From the NCBI GenBank assembly GCA_964016885.1, contig CAXHJY010000560.1, positions 1-54,955 of the forward strand: DNA of 54,955 nucleotides, read 5' to 3'. Of the stretch, positions 1-13,497 are shown piece after piece. Under the pieces are notes generated by a model. It was not told the origin of the DNA and ran no database searches. It saw only the letters and a program-made list of their open reading frames with translations. The DNA is from Eledone cirrhosa (lineage: Eukaryota). The position numbers were made by a program, and so were the translations under genes. Every line of letters starts with the position of its first letter. The first letter of the stretch is position 1.

Positions 1-973
<973 letters not shown>

Positions 974-1018
974 ACAATTAACAACAAAGAGCGCTTAGAA
1001 CATAGGTATATCTTTAAT

Positions 1019-1064
1019 TGCTAACAGTGTTTCATCCACACTAGAAGTGGGACTCTTCAGAGCA
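1019..1064 (-). ncRNA. Type I minimal hammerhead ribozyme (family A, inverted arm)
   Basis: Reverse complement reads TGCT-CTGAAGA-stem II-GAAAC ACT GTT-AGCA. Confidence 0.75.
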
Positions 1065-1764
1065 TAAAGAGTAAATACATAGTATACAAGCATTGACAAA
1101 GCCAAAACAGAAGAATATATGTGGGGATACCATAAGTTGGGAGGAGTTTAAAGAGTAAAGTAAAAGGAGTAAAATAAGAAAAGAGTAAAATAAAAATAAA
1201 AATAAAAAATGTTATCACTCACAGTTGGGCAGGGTTCCGTTAACATACAGCTACATACAAGTATACGCATAAGCATGAGCACCCGCATGCACCTGCACAC
1301 AAGCACCCGTATGCAACACATACAGTATACACTAATACAAAACGGCACAAGTTAAGAGATAGAGATAGATAAAAAATAGATAAGAGGTAGATAAAAAAAA
1401 AAAAATTTTATCTACCTCTTATCTATTTTTTTATCTATCTCTATCTCTTAACTTGTGCCGTTTTGTATTAGTGTATACTGTATGTGTTGCATACGGGTGC
1501 TTGTGTGTAGGTGCATGCGGGTGCTCATGCTTATGCGTATACTTGTATGTAGCTGTATGTTAACGGAACCCTGCCCAACTGTGAGTGATAACAATTTTTT
1601 TTTTTTTTTTTTTTTTTTTTTATTTTACTCTTTTCTTATTTTACTCTTTTCTTATTTTACTCCTTTTACTTTACTCTTTAAACTCCTCCCAACTTATGTT
1701 ATCCCCACATATATTCTTCTGTTTTGGCTTTGTCAATGCTTGTATACTATGTATTTACTCTTTA

Positions 1765-1810
1765 TGCTCTGAAGAGTCCCACTTCTAGTGTGGACGAAAC
1801 ACTGTTAGCA
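1765..1810 (+). ncRNA. Type I minimal hammerhead ribozyme (family A)
   Basis: TGCT CTGAAGA GTCC-CACT tct AGTG-t-GGAC GAAAC act GTT AGCA: stem I, both core boxes, stem II and a 1-bp stem III. Confidence 0.85.
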
Positions 1811-1940
1811 ATTAAAGATATACCTATGTTCTAAGCGCTCTTTGTTGTTAATTGTATTACGGCTCTGTCCTCTGACATTGAGCTAACCATATACTGCCTA
1901 TTTGATAAATGGAGTGTTACACACTCCCAATTCTCTCCCT

Positions 1941-1980
<40 letters not shown>

Positions 1981-2054
1981 TATGTGTATATATATATGTA
2001 TATATATATATGTATATATATACATATATATATATATATGTATATATATATATG

Positions 2055-2086
<32 letters not shown>

Positions 2087-2153
2087 CATATATATGTATA
2101 TATATACATATATATGTAGATATATATATGTATATATATATATGTATATATAT

Positions 2154-2807
<654 letters not shown>

Positions 2808-3009
2808 TGAATTTTTTTATTTACATACTTCTTTTCGGCATGCGTATGCATGTGAACATATAATTTTATGCATATCTGTGAACGAAGTTACTTACATATA
2901 TACACACACCTAACTGTATAAACTTTTTGTGTTTTCATTGGTCAATTTGAACTCTGTTCCCAAACAGACCTGTAATTTTGAATTGTTGTTATTATCAATA
3001 AATATATTT

Positions 3010-3159
3010 CATTATTTCTGAAGACGGCATATATATGTGTTGGTATGTATATTTAATTTTGATAGTTTGTATAATTTTGTATAATTTTGTACATAGATCT
3101 GTTGAATATGCATGCCAATTCTAACACATATATATCCTAGAAACGATCGTTAAATAATG
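3010..3159 (+). ncRNA. Hammerhead ribozyme with ~115-nt extended stem II
   Basis: Stem I CATTATTT/AAATAATG, CTGAAGA, long hairpin (ATATATATGTGTT...AACACATATATAT), GAAAC GATC GTT. Confidence 0.82.
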
Positions 3160-3511
3160 AACTTTTTTTGTTTAATATAAGGAACTGTTTCATTGTTTTA
3201 TTCATTATTTTTTTAATATTTTATCTTGACTCTGTATTCCGTTTATCTTTCACCGAAAGTGATTTTTCATTGCATCTCTTCTTTCCATGATATCCGGATT
3301 ACATTGAGTTCTTCATACGGATTGGACACTACCGTAAACTCTTGGTAGATTTATCTACATAATTTCGCTCCTATTTTCACGGAAATATTCGTATTTTTGT
3401 ACTGTATGTGTGTGTTAATTTTATATTTATGTATATACATATATATGTATGATTTTGTAAACCCATATACATTTAGTTGAGCTCTTTCAATTGTCCATCA
3501 TCCATATCACA

Positions 3512-5945
3512 ATGGAAAAACAATACTTGGGAACCTCTTTAAAGAACATACCAATACCTTCTAAGGATGACTTCTTACTCCTTATGATTCAAAATCTAAC
3601 CAATTTATCAGAAGAGTTAGATGGAGGGCCTACCACTTCGATAAAAAATCTAAATATGCAGATAGGAAATATATGTATGATTTCAATACTTACAAGAATC
3701 CACCACACAACTCTTTGCTTGAAGACTTTGAGAAAGACCTTTTTAATTTAATTAAACACCTCAAATTTAAGAAGTATAAATCTGTCTTTCAAAAGGACCT
3801 TGATTCTACCCTATTGGACCTAAAAAAGTCTAAAAAAATCCATGTCCACTCGGACAAAACTGGTAACTTGTATCACATGGATATTGAAGATTATAATGAG
3901 TTCATATATAAAGAACTCAGGAAAAATTATAAAAAATCTAATAATGCGTCACTCACCAACATCAATAACAAAACACACAACATAGTAAAAAAACTAAACA
4001 TTGAAGATAGAACTGAACCTTTGGCATTGAAAAGACCACACTTCAACCTGAAGGATCATAAATCAAACTTTAACTCAAATCCTTCTATAAGACTTATATG
4101 TCCCTCCAAATCTGATATTGGAATAATTAGCAAAAAAATTTTGGATAGAGTCATCCCACAAATAAGAAAACACGTTAATTTACCACTCTGGGAAAACACT
4201 TCCCAGGTAATTAACTGGTTTAAAAATATTAGATGTAAATCTTCTGCTTCATTTCTACAATTTGATATAGATAATTACTATTCTTCTATATCACCTATAC
4301 TCCTGAACAAAGCATTGATATTTGCTAAAAATAGATCTAACTTAACTTTGGATGACATTAATAGTATTACACATGCTAGACTAACACTTATTGAATTTCA
4401 GAATGAATACTGGACCAGAAACACATATAGTAATCTATTTGATATTACTATGGGTTCAAGCGATTCCGCCCAAATTACTGATCTTGTGGGCCTCTTTCTC
4501 CTTTTCAACATAAATGCCTCCTTTCCCCACCTTAAAGGTGGTTTATATCGTGATGACTGTCTTCTTCTTTCCAACAACCTTAGCCTTTCAGAAATAGAAA
4601 AAAACAAAAAGCATATTAGAACTTTCCTTAAAGACTATTATAGTCTTCATATTACTTTTGAAAAAACAAGTAAAGTAGTAAATTTCCTAGATATAACTTT
4701 AGACTTAGCTACGGGTATCTACCAACCTTACCATAAACCCAACCAAAACTTACACTACATACACTCACAATCTAATCACCCTAAATATATCCTTAAAAAC
4801 CTTGCATATAATATATCACTTAGAATTTCTAACCTTTCTTCTAACCAAGATGTATTTGATAAAAATGCGACCTTCTATAACGAAGCTCTAGATAGAAGTG
4901 GCCACAAAAATAGATTAGAATATATACCTTCTACTAAAAATACTATAAACATACAACCTAATATTACCAACAAACACCAAATGAAAAGTACACACCTAAA
5001 TGCCACCCACACTATACCCCAAAATACCAACAACTCTTCTAATATAAAGTATAGTAACTCTCAAAAAACTACTCATCATACAACTCTAATAAATGTTAAT
5101 AATAAAAATCCTAATAAACAAGATAAAACACCTAAATCTATAAATCTAACTAAAAATGTGCGTGGTGAGATCATTAACATTAATCCTCCTAGTAAACATC
5201 ACGATACAACCTATAAAAATAATAAACAACATAGAAACCGTAATAGACGAGTTACTTGGTATAATGCTCCATTTAATTTACAAATTAAGGATAATATTGC
5301 TAAAAAATTTTTTTATATCCTAGAGAAAAACTTCCCGCCAAACCACAAATACCATCAAATCTTAAATAGGTCTACAGTTAAATTCTCATACTCAACAACC
5401 AATAACATAAAACAAAATATAAGTGCCTATAATGCATATAAATGTAAGAATACCATAAGTATACCACCAATACATCAAACTAACCATAATATCTACTCAA
5501 ATACAGAATTAACGAAAGGTTGTAACTGTAGAAACAAAGCAAACTGCCCATTAAAAGGAAATTGTCTTGTTAACAACATAGTTTATAAATGTAATGTTAA
5601 AACTAAAGATTCTATTTGCTCATATATAGGAGCTACTTCTAACAATTTTAAGTAAGGTTTAATACCCACAAACATAGTTTTTAAAATGCCGCACTGGCTA
5701 ATACAACATCTCTAGCAGAAAAAATCAATAGTTATAAAAATAAGAATATAGAATATGATATGACCTGGAGTGTGCTCAAAAGAGCCAACTCTTATCAAAA
5801 TAATAGAAATGAATGTAGATTATGTTCCCAAGAACTATTTGAAATAATGAAATCTAAGGATATCCTATTAAATAAACGACAGGAATTAATTATATCGTGT
5901 AATCATAAACTAAGAAAAACATTTAAATATTATAAACCTAATTAA
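3512..5945 (+). pseudogene. PLE reverse transcriptase + C-terminal GIY-YIG endonuclease (Hydra-type), disrupted
   Basis: Motifs SLKNIPIPS, LKDHK, FLQFDIDNYY, GLYRDD, NFLDITLDL, CNCRNKANCPLKGNC, IVY...YIG, CRLC, CNH. Frameshifts near 3593 and 5651 and a stop near 5682. Confidence 0.9.
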
Positions 5946-6410
5946 TAAGATTATTTTAGAAATTAATATATAATTTAATTTAAATGTTAGTTAACCTATA
6001 AATTTAATTTAATTAAAATTCTACTACAGATGAGATTATAAAATATTGTGTAATCATAAATTGTGAAAAACTTTTAAATATTACTAATATATACTTCGTA
6101 AATTAATTTATAGATTAATTTTAATTCATTTAACCTTTTATTAAAATTCCTTTACAGATAAAATAAAACAAAATATCGTGTATTCAATGACAGAGAAATA
6201 TTTTTTAATATTATAGACCTAATTAATGTACATTTTAGAAATATATTTATAATTTGGTTTTAATTTGGTTAACCTAAAAATTTAATTTAATTGGCTTAAA
6301 ATTAAAATCCTAATACAGATGGATTGCAGAGTGTCATGTAATCATAGACTGAGATAGGTTTTGGATGTATAACTAGTTAATATATTCTTTGCAGTTTTTG
6401 AAAAAATATG

Positions 6411-6447
<37 letters not shown>

Positions 6448-6850
6448 GTGTATATATATATGTGTATATATTAATTTTAATTTCTGTTTACCTATAATTA
6501 TATTCTACTATAGATAAAATACAATATCTGTTTTAATTATTATAAACCTAATTAACATATACTATAGAAATTAATATATAATTTTTAATTTAGTTAACCT
6601 ATAATTTATATTCTACTACCGATGTAATACTTTATTTGGTTTTTTTCCCTATTACTAAATTCATTTCCTAATATTGATACCATAACGTTAATAATTTTAA
6701 TTTAGTTATACTATAATTAATACTCTACTACTATTTAACTTCAAAATTCCGCTTCAAATATTATAAACCTAAGTAGTATACACCTTAGAAATCAATATAT
6801 TAACTATCTTTAATTTAGTTAACCTATAATTAATAGTCTACTTATATTAA
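5895..6850 (+). repeat. Degenerate AT-rich tandem repeats (~140-150 bp) in the PLE 3' region
   Basis: Recurring GTAATCATAA, ATTATAAACCTAATTAA, TTAGTTAACCTATAA and TTCTACTAC segments. Confidence 0.7.
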
Positions 6851-6999
6851 AATGCATAATTTTGCCTTATTTCTTACATTTCCTAATACTGAAACTACTG
6901 TGTAAACACATATTATGAGCTAAATGCAGATTAATATTCTATGTTTCTTGAAACCTATATTTACTATAATCCCCCCCCCCCTATTATTATTTGTATTTG

Positions 7000-7109
7000 T
7001 AAGCGTGGATGTATGTATGTATATTTAGGTAGGTATGTATGTTTGGGTGTTTGTATGTGAGTATAAAAATATATATGTGCGCATGTAAATAAGGGTGTAT
7101 GATTGTGTG

Positions 7110-7142
<33 letters not shown>

Positions 7143-7274
7143 TTATATATATATATATATGTATCTATGTATTTATGTGGGTATATGTGTGTATGTATAT
7201 GTATGCGCATGTATACGTCTATGTGTATATGTGTGTATGTGTATATATGTACGTATGTGCGCATGTATATGTGA

Positions 7275-7317
<43 letters not shown>

Positions 7318-7356
7318 GTTGATGTGTGTATGTGTATATATATATGTATGTATATG

Positions 7357-7387
<31 letters not shown>

Positions 7388-7483
7388 ATATATGTGTATA
7401 TATATATATGTGTGCATATTTGTCTGACTGTGTGTATTAATTAACTTATTTATTTATTTCTTGTATTTCTTTATTTTTTTATA

Positions 7484-7540
<57 letters not shown>

Positions 7541-7824
7541 ATGTATATGTATGTGTGTGTGTGTATGTATATGTGTGTGTGTGTGTATGTGTGTATATAT
7601 TTATATGTGTATATGTATCTCTATTTATATATATATATATGTGTATGTATATCCCTTTATTTATGTATGTCTGAGTTGTGTGAGCGTGTGGTTGTGTTTG
7701 TATGTGTATACGCATACATGGATGTGTATGTATGTGTATATATGCGTATATGTATGTGTGTATGTGTGTGTGTATATATGTATGTCTATGTATGAGTATG
7801 TATATGTATGTATGTATGTATATA

Positions 7825-7873
<49 letters not shown>

Positions 7874-7936
7874 TATATATGTGTGTGTATATATATATGT
7901 ATGTCTTTGTATATGTGTATGTGTATATGTGTGTAT

Positions 7937-7981
<45 letters not shown>

Positions 7982-8037
7982 GGGGTATGTATGTGTATGT
8001 GTGTATATACATGAGTGTGTTTATATATGTATATAGA

Positions 8038-8082
<45 letters not shown>

Positions 8083-8350
8083 GTGTGTTGTGAATGTATA
8101 TATATATGTATGTGTGTATACATATATATATATGTGTGTATATATGTATATGTCTATGTATTTATATGTGTATATGTATGTGTCTCTATATGTATGCGTG
8201 TGTGTATGTGTATGTGTATTTATATGGTGTGTGTATGTATATGTATGTGTATGTATGTGTTTATGTATATGTGTATGTATATGTATGTATATATATATAT
8301 ATATATATATGTATATGTATGTATATCGATGTATATTTTATATTTTACTT

Positions 8351-8387
<37 letters not shown>

Positions 8388-8400
8388 CTTAATATTTTTC
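7000..8400. repeat. Compound TA/TG low-complexity tract inside the PLE
   Basis: Directly visible. Confidence 0.9.
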
Positions 8401-9009
8401 TTTTTTCTTTTTCTTTTTCTTTTTATTTCTAAATTTATAGATACATTTATAAATAGGCAGTTTGCTGACACCAGTAAATACTGACCTCTTCCCCCCTCCC
8501 CCACCTACTTTCTGTATCTGGATCTAAATATGTGTGGCAGTGTTTATGTGCGCGCATTAATGTCCATATGCTTATGATAATAGTATATACACATATATGT
8601 ATGTGGGGGTGTGTGTGTGTATGTATGTTCGTGGTTGTGTGTATGTTTATGCGTATACGCGCGTGTCTGTGTGAACGTATGTATATGTGTGAGTATATGA
8701 ATGTGTATATATTTATTTTTATATTTATATGTTTATATGCGTATATGTATTTTATCTGTAGATTATAAACATACAGAGACATTAGCCCTGAATTTTTGTA
8801 TTTACATACATCTTTTCGGCATGCGTATGCATGTGAACATATAATTTTATGCATATCTGTGAACGAAGTTACTTACATATATACACACACCTAACTGTAT
8901 AAACTTTTTGTGTTTTCATTGGTCAATTTGAACTCTGTTCCCAAACAGACCTGTAATTTTGAATTGTTGTTATTATCAATAAATATATTTCATTATTTCT
9001 GAAGACGGC

Positions 9010-9194
9010 GGTGGTGGATTGGCAGTATCGGTAGAGGGTCGGACGCCATGCTTTCCAGCAGAGTTACGTCCCTTTACGATCTGAGTTCAAATCCCGCCGA
9101 GGTTGACTTTGCCTTTCATCCTTACGGGGTCGATAAAATAAAGTACCAGTAATGCACTGGGTAATTTGCTGGCCTTGTGCCAAATGTAGAAACA
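9010..9194 (+). mobile_element. tRNA-derived SINE with Meta-like central domain (Octopus-type) and 18-bp TSD
   Basis: A box TGGCAGTATCGG, B box GAGTTCAAATCC, GCCTTTCATCCTTACGGGGTCGATAAAATAAAGTACCAG domain. TSD ATTATTTCTGAAGACGGC at 8992-9009 and 9195-9212. Confidence 0.9.
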
Positions 9195-9343
9195 ATTATT
9201 TCTGAAGACGGCATATATATGTGTTGGTATGTATATTTAATTTTGATAGTTTGTATAATTTTGTATAATTTTGTACATAGATCTGTTGAATATGCATGCC
9301 AATTCTAACACATATATATCCTAGAAACGATCGTTAAATAATG
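9195..9343 (+). ncRNA. Hammerhead ribozyme with extended stem II (3' pLTR copy)
   Basis: Same sequence as 3010-3159, with its 5' part supplied by the SINE TSD. Confidence 0.75.
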
Positions 9344-9414
9344 GACTTTTTTTGTTTAATATAAGGAACTGTTTCATTGTTTTATTCATTATTTTTTTAA
9401 TATTTTATATATAC

Positions 9415-9513
<99 letters not shown>

Positions 9514-9610
9514 TAGTCGATCGACTTTCGTCAAATCGGACCGAGGAAACTATGTTTCCGTTGGTCTTTCCAATTGCTAATACTATCTATCGGTCGCAAC
9601 TCCAGGTAGA

Positions 9611-9727
9611 AGGAGCAACGTGAAATAAAGTGTCTTGCTCAAGGACATAACGCATCGCCTGGTTCAGGAATCGAACTCACAACCTCACGATTGTGAATCC
9701 AATACTCTAACCACTCAGCCACACGCC

Positions 9728-9730
<3 letters not shown>
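9611..9730 (-). mobile_element. tRNA-derived CORE-type SINE, 5' part
   Basis: Reverse complement has A box TGGCTGAGTGG, B box GAGTTCGATTCC and the CORE-like TGTCCTTGAGCAAGACACT. Confidence 0.8.
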
Positions 9731-9766
<36 letters not shown>

Positions 9767-9782
9767 TATATATATATATATA

Positions 9783-9820
<38 letters not shown>

Positions 9821-9863
9821 TGTATATATATATATATATATATAGTGTATATATATATATATA

Positions 9864-9899
<36 letters not shown>

Positions 9900-9940
9900 T
9901 ATATATATATATATACACTATATATATATATATACACTAT

Positions 9941-9973
<33 letters not shown>

Positions 9974-10024
9974 AATATATATATGTATATATAAATATAT
10001 ATATATATGTATATATAAATATAT

Positions 10025-10061
<37 letters not shown>

Positions 10062-10415
10062 AATATATATGTATATATAAATATATATATATATAAATAT
10101 ATAATTATATATAAATATATATGTATATATAAATATATATAAATATATATGTATATATAAATATATATATATAAATATGTATATATATATATACGGATTA
10201 ACAAATAATAGTTAAATGCAGTCCACTTAGGTGAAGTCCAGTTATGGTATTCCAGGTAGTGGATGATATTAACGCTTGGCTTGGTTTGACTCAACAAGGC
10301 GTTTTCATAGTGATGCTGCGGGTATGCTGTAATTCCTATGTTGTAAACACTTGGAGTAATAATAAATCAGGAAAGAAGGTTTACATGGTTTGCTATACAA
10401 AAAAGTTTTTAATCA

Positions 10416-10528
10416 CATAGCTTACATTTGTTTCACTGAACTGGTATGTCTAGAGATCGCTATCCGCCTAATTTTGCGTCACTCGATCGCCAATACAGAA
10501 TTATAACCAGTCAGATCTTCGGAGCATG
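10416..10528 (-). ncRNA. Hammerhead ribozyme, CCGAAGA core, extended stem II (family F)
   Basis: Reverse complement: CATGCT CCGAAGA T CTGACTGGT...ACCAGTTCAG T GAAAC AAAT GTA AGCTATG. Confidence 0.75.
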
Positions 10529-10872
10529 CGAGAATGAAGAAAATACACAGGCAAGAAAATAAAAGAAAATATGGAGTAGTTATGGCATTCAATTAGAACA
10601 ATAACAACAACAATTATTACAACAATGCTATCAATAAAGTATTTAAGGAGACCCTGACATTACTTAGGTGGGGGGTATATAATGTATCTAATGTTACGGC
10701 GTGAAAACCAGCTGTCATAAGGCAAAAAGTATCGTAGTGTATATCAATTTTAAATTATAAAGTTAAGCTAGTTTTTACAGTCTTTCTCTTCATCTTCAAC
10801 AGTATACATGAGTGGGACCACTGTCAAAGCTCAATAGTTGTAGAGTTAATACAGAGGTTAACGAATTAATAT

Positions 10873-10921
<49 letters not shown>

Positions 10922-11256
10922 AATATAAATATATATACACATATATGTGTACATAGACACATACATACACATTAATATACACTAGTACAAAAATATACAT
11001 ACATGCAAAGAGAAAAGCGTGCTAATTGTAATATGGCAAAAAGAAGGTAAAGTAACATTGTAGTAGTGAAATGAGAAAAACTAGGATCTAGGATCAAATG
11101 ATTGCAGCAGCTGAGAAGGAGTAAGATTGTTGGTAGATGAGGTATTTACAGACTATTGTGTGGTATAGACTTGTGAAGGAAATAGTATACTTAATGAATA
11201 TATTTTTTTGTGGGTAGTAGGTATCCTAATTTAAAGCTATGTTATGTTGGTTCGAT

Positions 11257-11649
11257 TCACGGAGGTTTGAATCTTATGAATTTAGTGGCTATTCTATGTC
11301 TGCAGAAGATAGATCTTTCTAACTTATTATTAAGTAGCCTTTTAACATTTCTAAGGATATACAATAGCTCAAGATCACACAGCCCGCAATAGGACATACC
11401 TGTACTATAGGTTTTAGCAGCCGACAACTTCGACCAGTTGATAGTGTAGCTAGCGTTGCTGTCCTTCAATTCCCATATTTTTCTGGCGAGGGTGGTGGAA
11501 CCCATAAGAGCTCGATTTTTCATCGAGTGCCTGTGCACATACCATCTTTTCTTAAAAGAACCCGCGGTGGATCCTATGTAATTCCAAGTGGAGTTACCCG
11601 AGATGACAGTGCACATGTACACCAGGCTCGAATCGAGACATCTGTTCGA
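11257..11649 (-). pseudogene. GIY-YIG endonuclease C-terminal fragment (Hydra-type PLE)
   Basis: LVY...YIGST..FKKRW..H..S, CGLC..E, LLN..E....CRH. A partial inverted copy lies at 11651-11863 (+). Confidence 0.85.
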
Positions 11650-12209
11650 TTTGAAGGACAGCAACGCTAGCTACACTATCAACTGGTCGAAGTTGTCGGG
11701 TGCTAAAACCTATAGTACAGGTATGTCCTATTGCGGGCTGTGTGATCTTTAGCTATTGTATATCCTTAGAAATGTTAAAAGGCTACTTAATAATAAGTTA
11801 GAAAGATCTATCTTCTGCAGACATAGAATAGTCACTAAATTCATAAGATTCAAACCTCCGTGAATCGAACCAACATAACATAGCTTTAAATTAGGATACC
11901 TACTACCCACAAAAAAATATATTCATTAAGTATACTATTTCCTTCACAAGTCTATACCACACAATAGTCTGTAAATACCTCATCTACCAACAATCTTACT
12001 CCTTCTCAGCTGCTGCAATCATTTGATCCTAGATCCTAGTTTTTCTCATTTCACTACTACAATGTTACTTTACCTTCTTTTTGCCATATTACAATTAGCA
12101 CGCTTTTCTCTTTGCATGTATGTATATTTTTGTACGAGTGTATATTAATGTGTATGTATGTGTCTATGTACACATATATGTGTATATATATTTATATTTA
12201 TATATATGC

Positions 12210-12299
<90 letters not shown>

Positions 12300-12643
12300 A
12301 TATTAATTCGTTAACCTCTGTATTAACTCTACAACTATTGAGCTTTGACAGTGGTCCCACTCATGTATACTGTTGAAGATGAAGAGAAAGACTGTAAAAA
12401 CTAGTTTATCTTTATAATTTAAAATTGATATACACTACGATACTTTTTGCCTTATGACAGCTGGTTTTCACGCCGTAACATTAGATACATTATATACCCC
12501 CCACCTAAGTAATGTCAGGGTCTCCTTAAATACTTTATTGATAGCATTGTTGTAATAATTGTTGTTGTTATTGTTCTAATTGAATGCCATAACTACTCCA
12601 TATTTTATTTTATTTTCTTGCCTGTGTATTTTCTTCATTCTCG

Positions 12644-12756
12644 CATGCTCCGAAGATTTGACTGGTTATAATTCTGTATTGGCGATCGAGTGACGCAAAA
12701 TTAGGCGGATAGCGATCTCTAGACATACCAGTTCAGTGAAACAAATGTAAGCTATG
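12644..12756 (+). ncRNA. Hammerhead ribozyme, extended stem II (family F, inverted arm)
   Basis: Mirror of 10416-10528. Confidence 0.72.
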
Positions 12757-12804
12757 TGATTAAAAACTTTTTTGTATAGCAAACCATGTAAACCTTCTTT
12801 CCTG

Positions 12805-12848
<44 letters not shown>

Positions 12849-13039
12849 TGTATATAAATATATATGTATATATATATGTATATAAATATATATATATATA
12901 TATAATATATATGTATATAAATATATATGTATATATATATGTATATAAATATATATATATATATGTATATAAAAATATATATGTATATATATATATATAT
13001 ATGTATATAAATATATATATGTATATTTATATACATATG

Positions 13040-13112
<73 letters not shown>

Positions 13113-13160
13113 GTATATAAATATATATATGTATATATATATATATATATATGTATATAA

Positions 13161-13212
<52 letters not shown>

Positions 13213-13277
13213 ATATATGTATATATGTATATATATATATGTATATATGTATATATATATATGTATATATATATGTA

Positions 13278-13322
<45 letters not shown>

Positions 13323-13339
13323 GTGTGTATATGTATATA

Positions 13340-13428
<89 letters not shown>

Positions 13429-13497
13429 GTATATATATATGAATTAGTTTAGCGAGGTTTTTTTTTATATGAAATCGTGTGTCGAAACAAATATAAG

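Larger units (their letters stand above)
974..1941 (+). mobile_element. Non-coding PLE insertion, family A: inverted pLTR palindrome plus 3' tail
   Basis: 974-~1400 is the reverse complement of ~1405-1856, and a unique tail 1857-1941 follows. Same family as the pLTR of the coding PLE at 49353-53659. TA-flanked. Confidence 0.88.
2808..9408 (+). mobile_element. Near-full-length Hydra-type Penelope-like retroelement: pLTR - RT/GIY-YIG ORF - long 3' region - pLTR
   Basis: Direct repeats 2808-~3223 and 8789-9408 (the latter SINE-interrupted), both with an HHR, flank a RT+EN ORF. Confidence 0.88.
10193..12810 (-). mobile_element. 5'-truncated Hydra-type PLE, family F, as a 2.6-kb inverted repeat
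   Basis: 10363-11470 mirrors 11650-12810. Tail 10193-10362 is present on one side only. Carries an EN fragment and HHRs. Confidence 0.9.

Noticed and set aside
974-1856. Inverted repeats as MITE/DNA transposon TIRs or sequencing fold-back artefacts
   Set aside because: One-sided tails, hammerheads, linkage to PLE ORFs, arm differences and recurrent endpoints fit PLE inverted insertions better.
9655-9730. tRNA gene
   Set aside because: A and B boxes run into a CORE-like domain and the acceptor stem is poor, so this is a SINE head.
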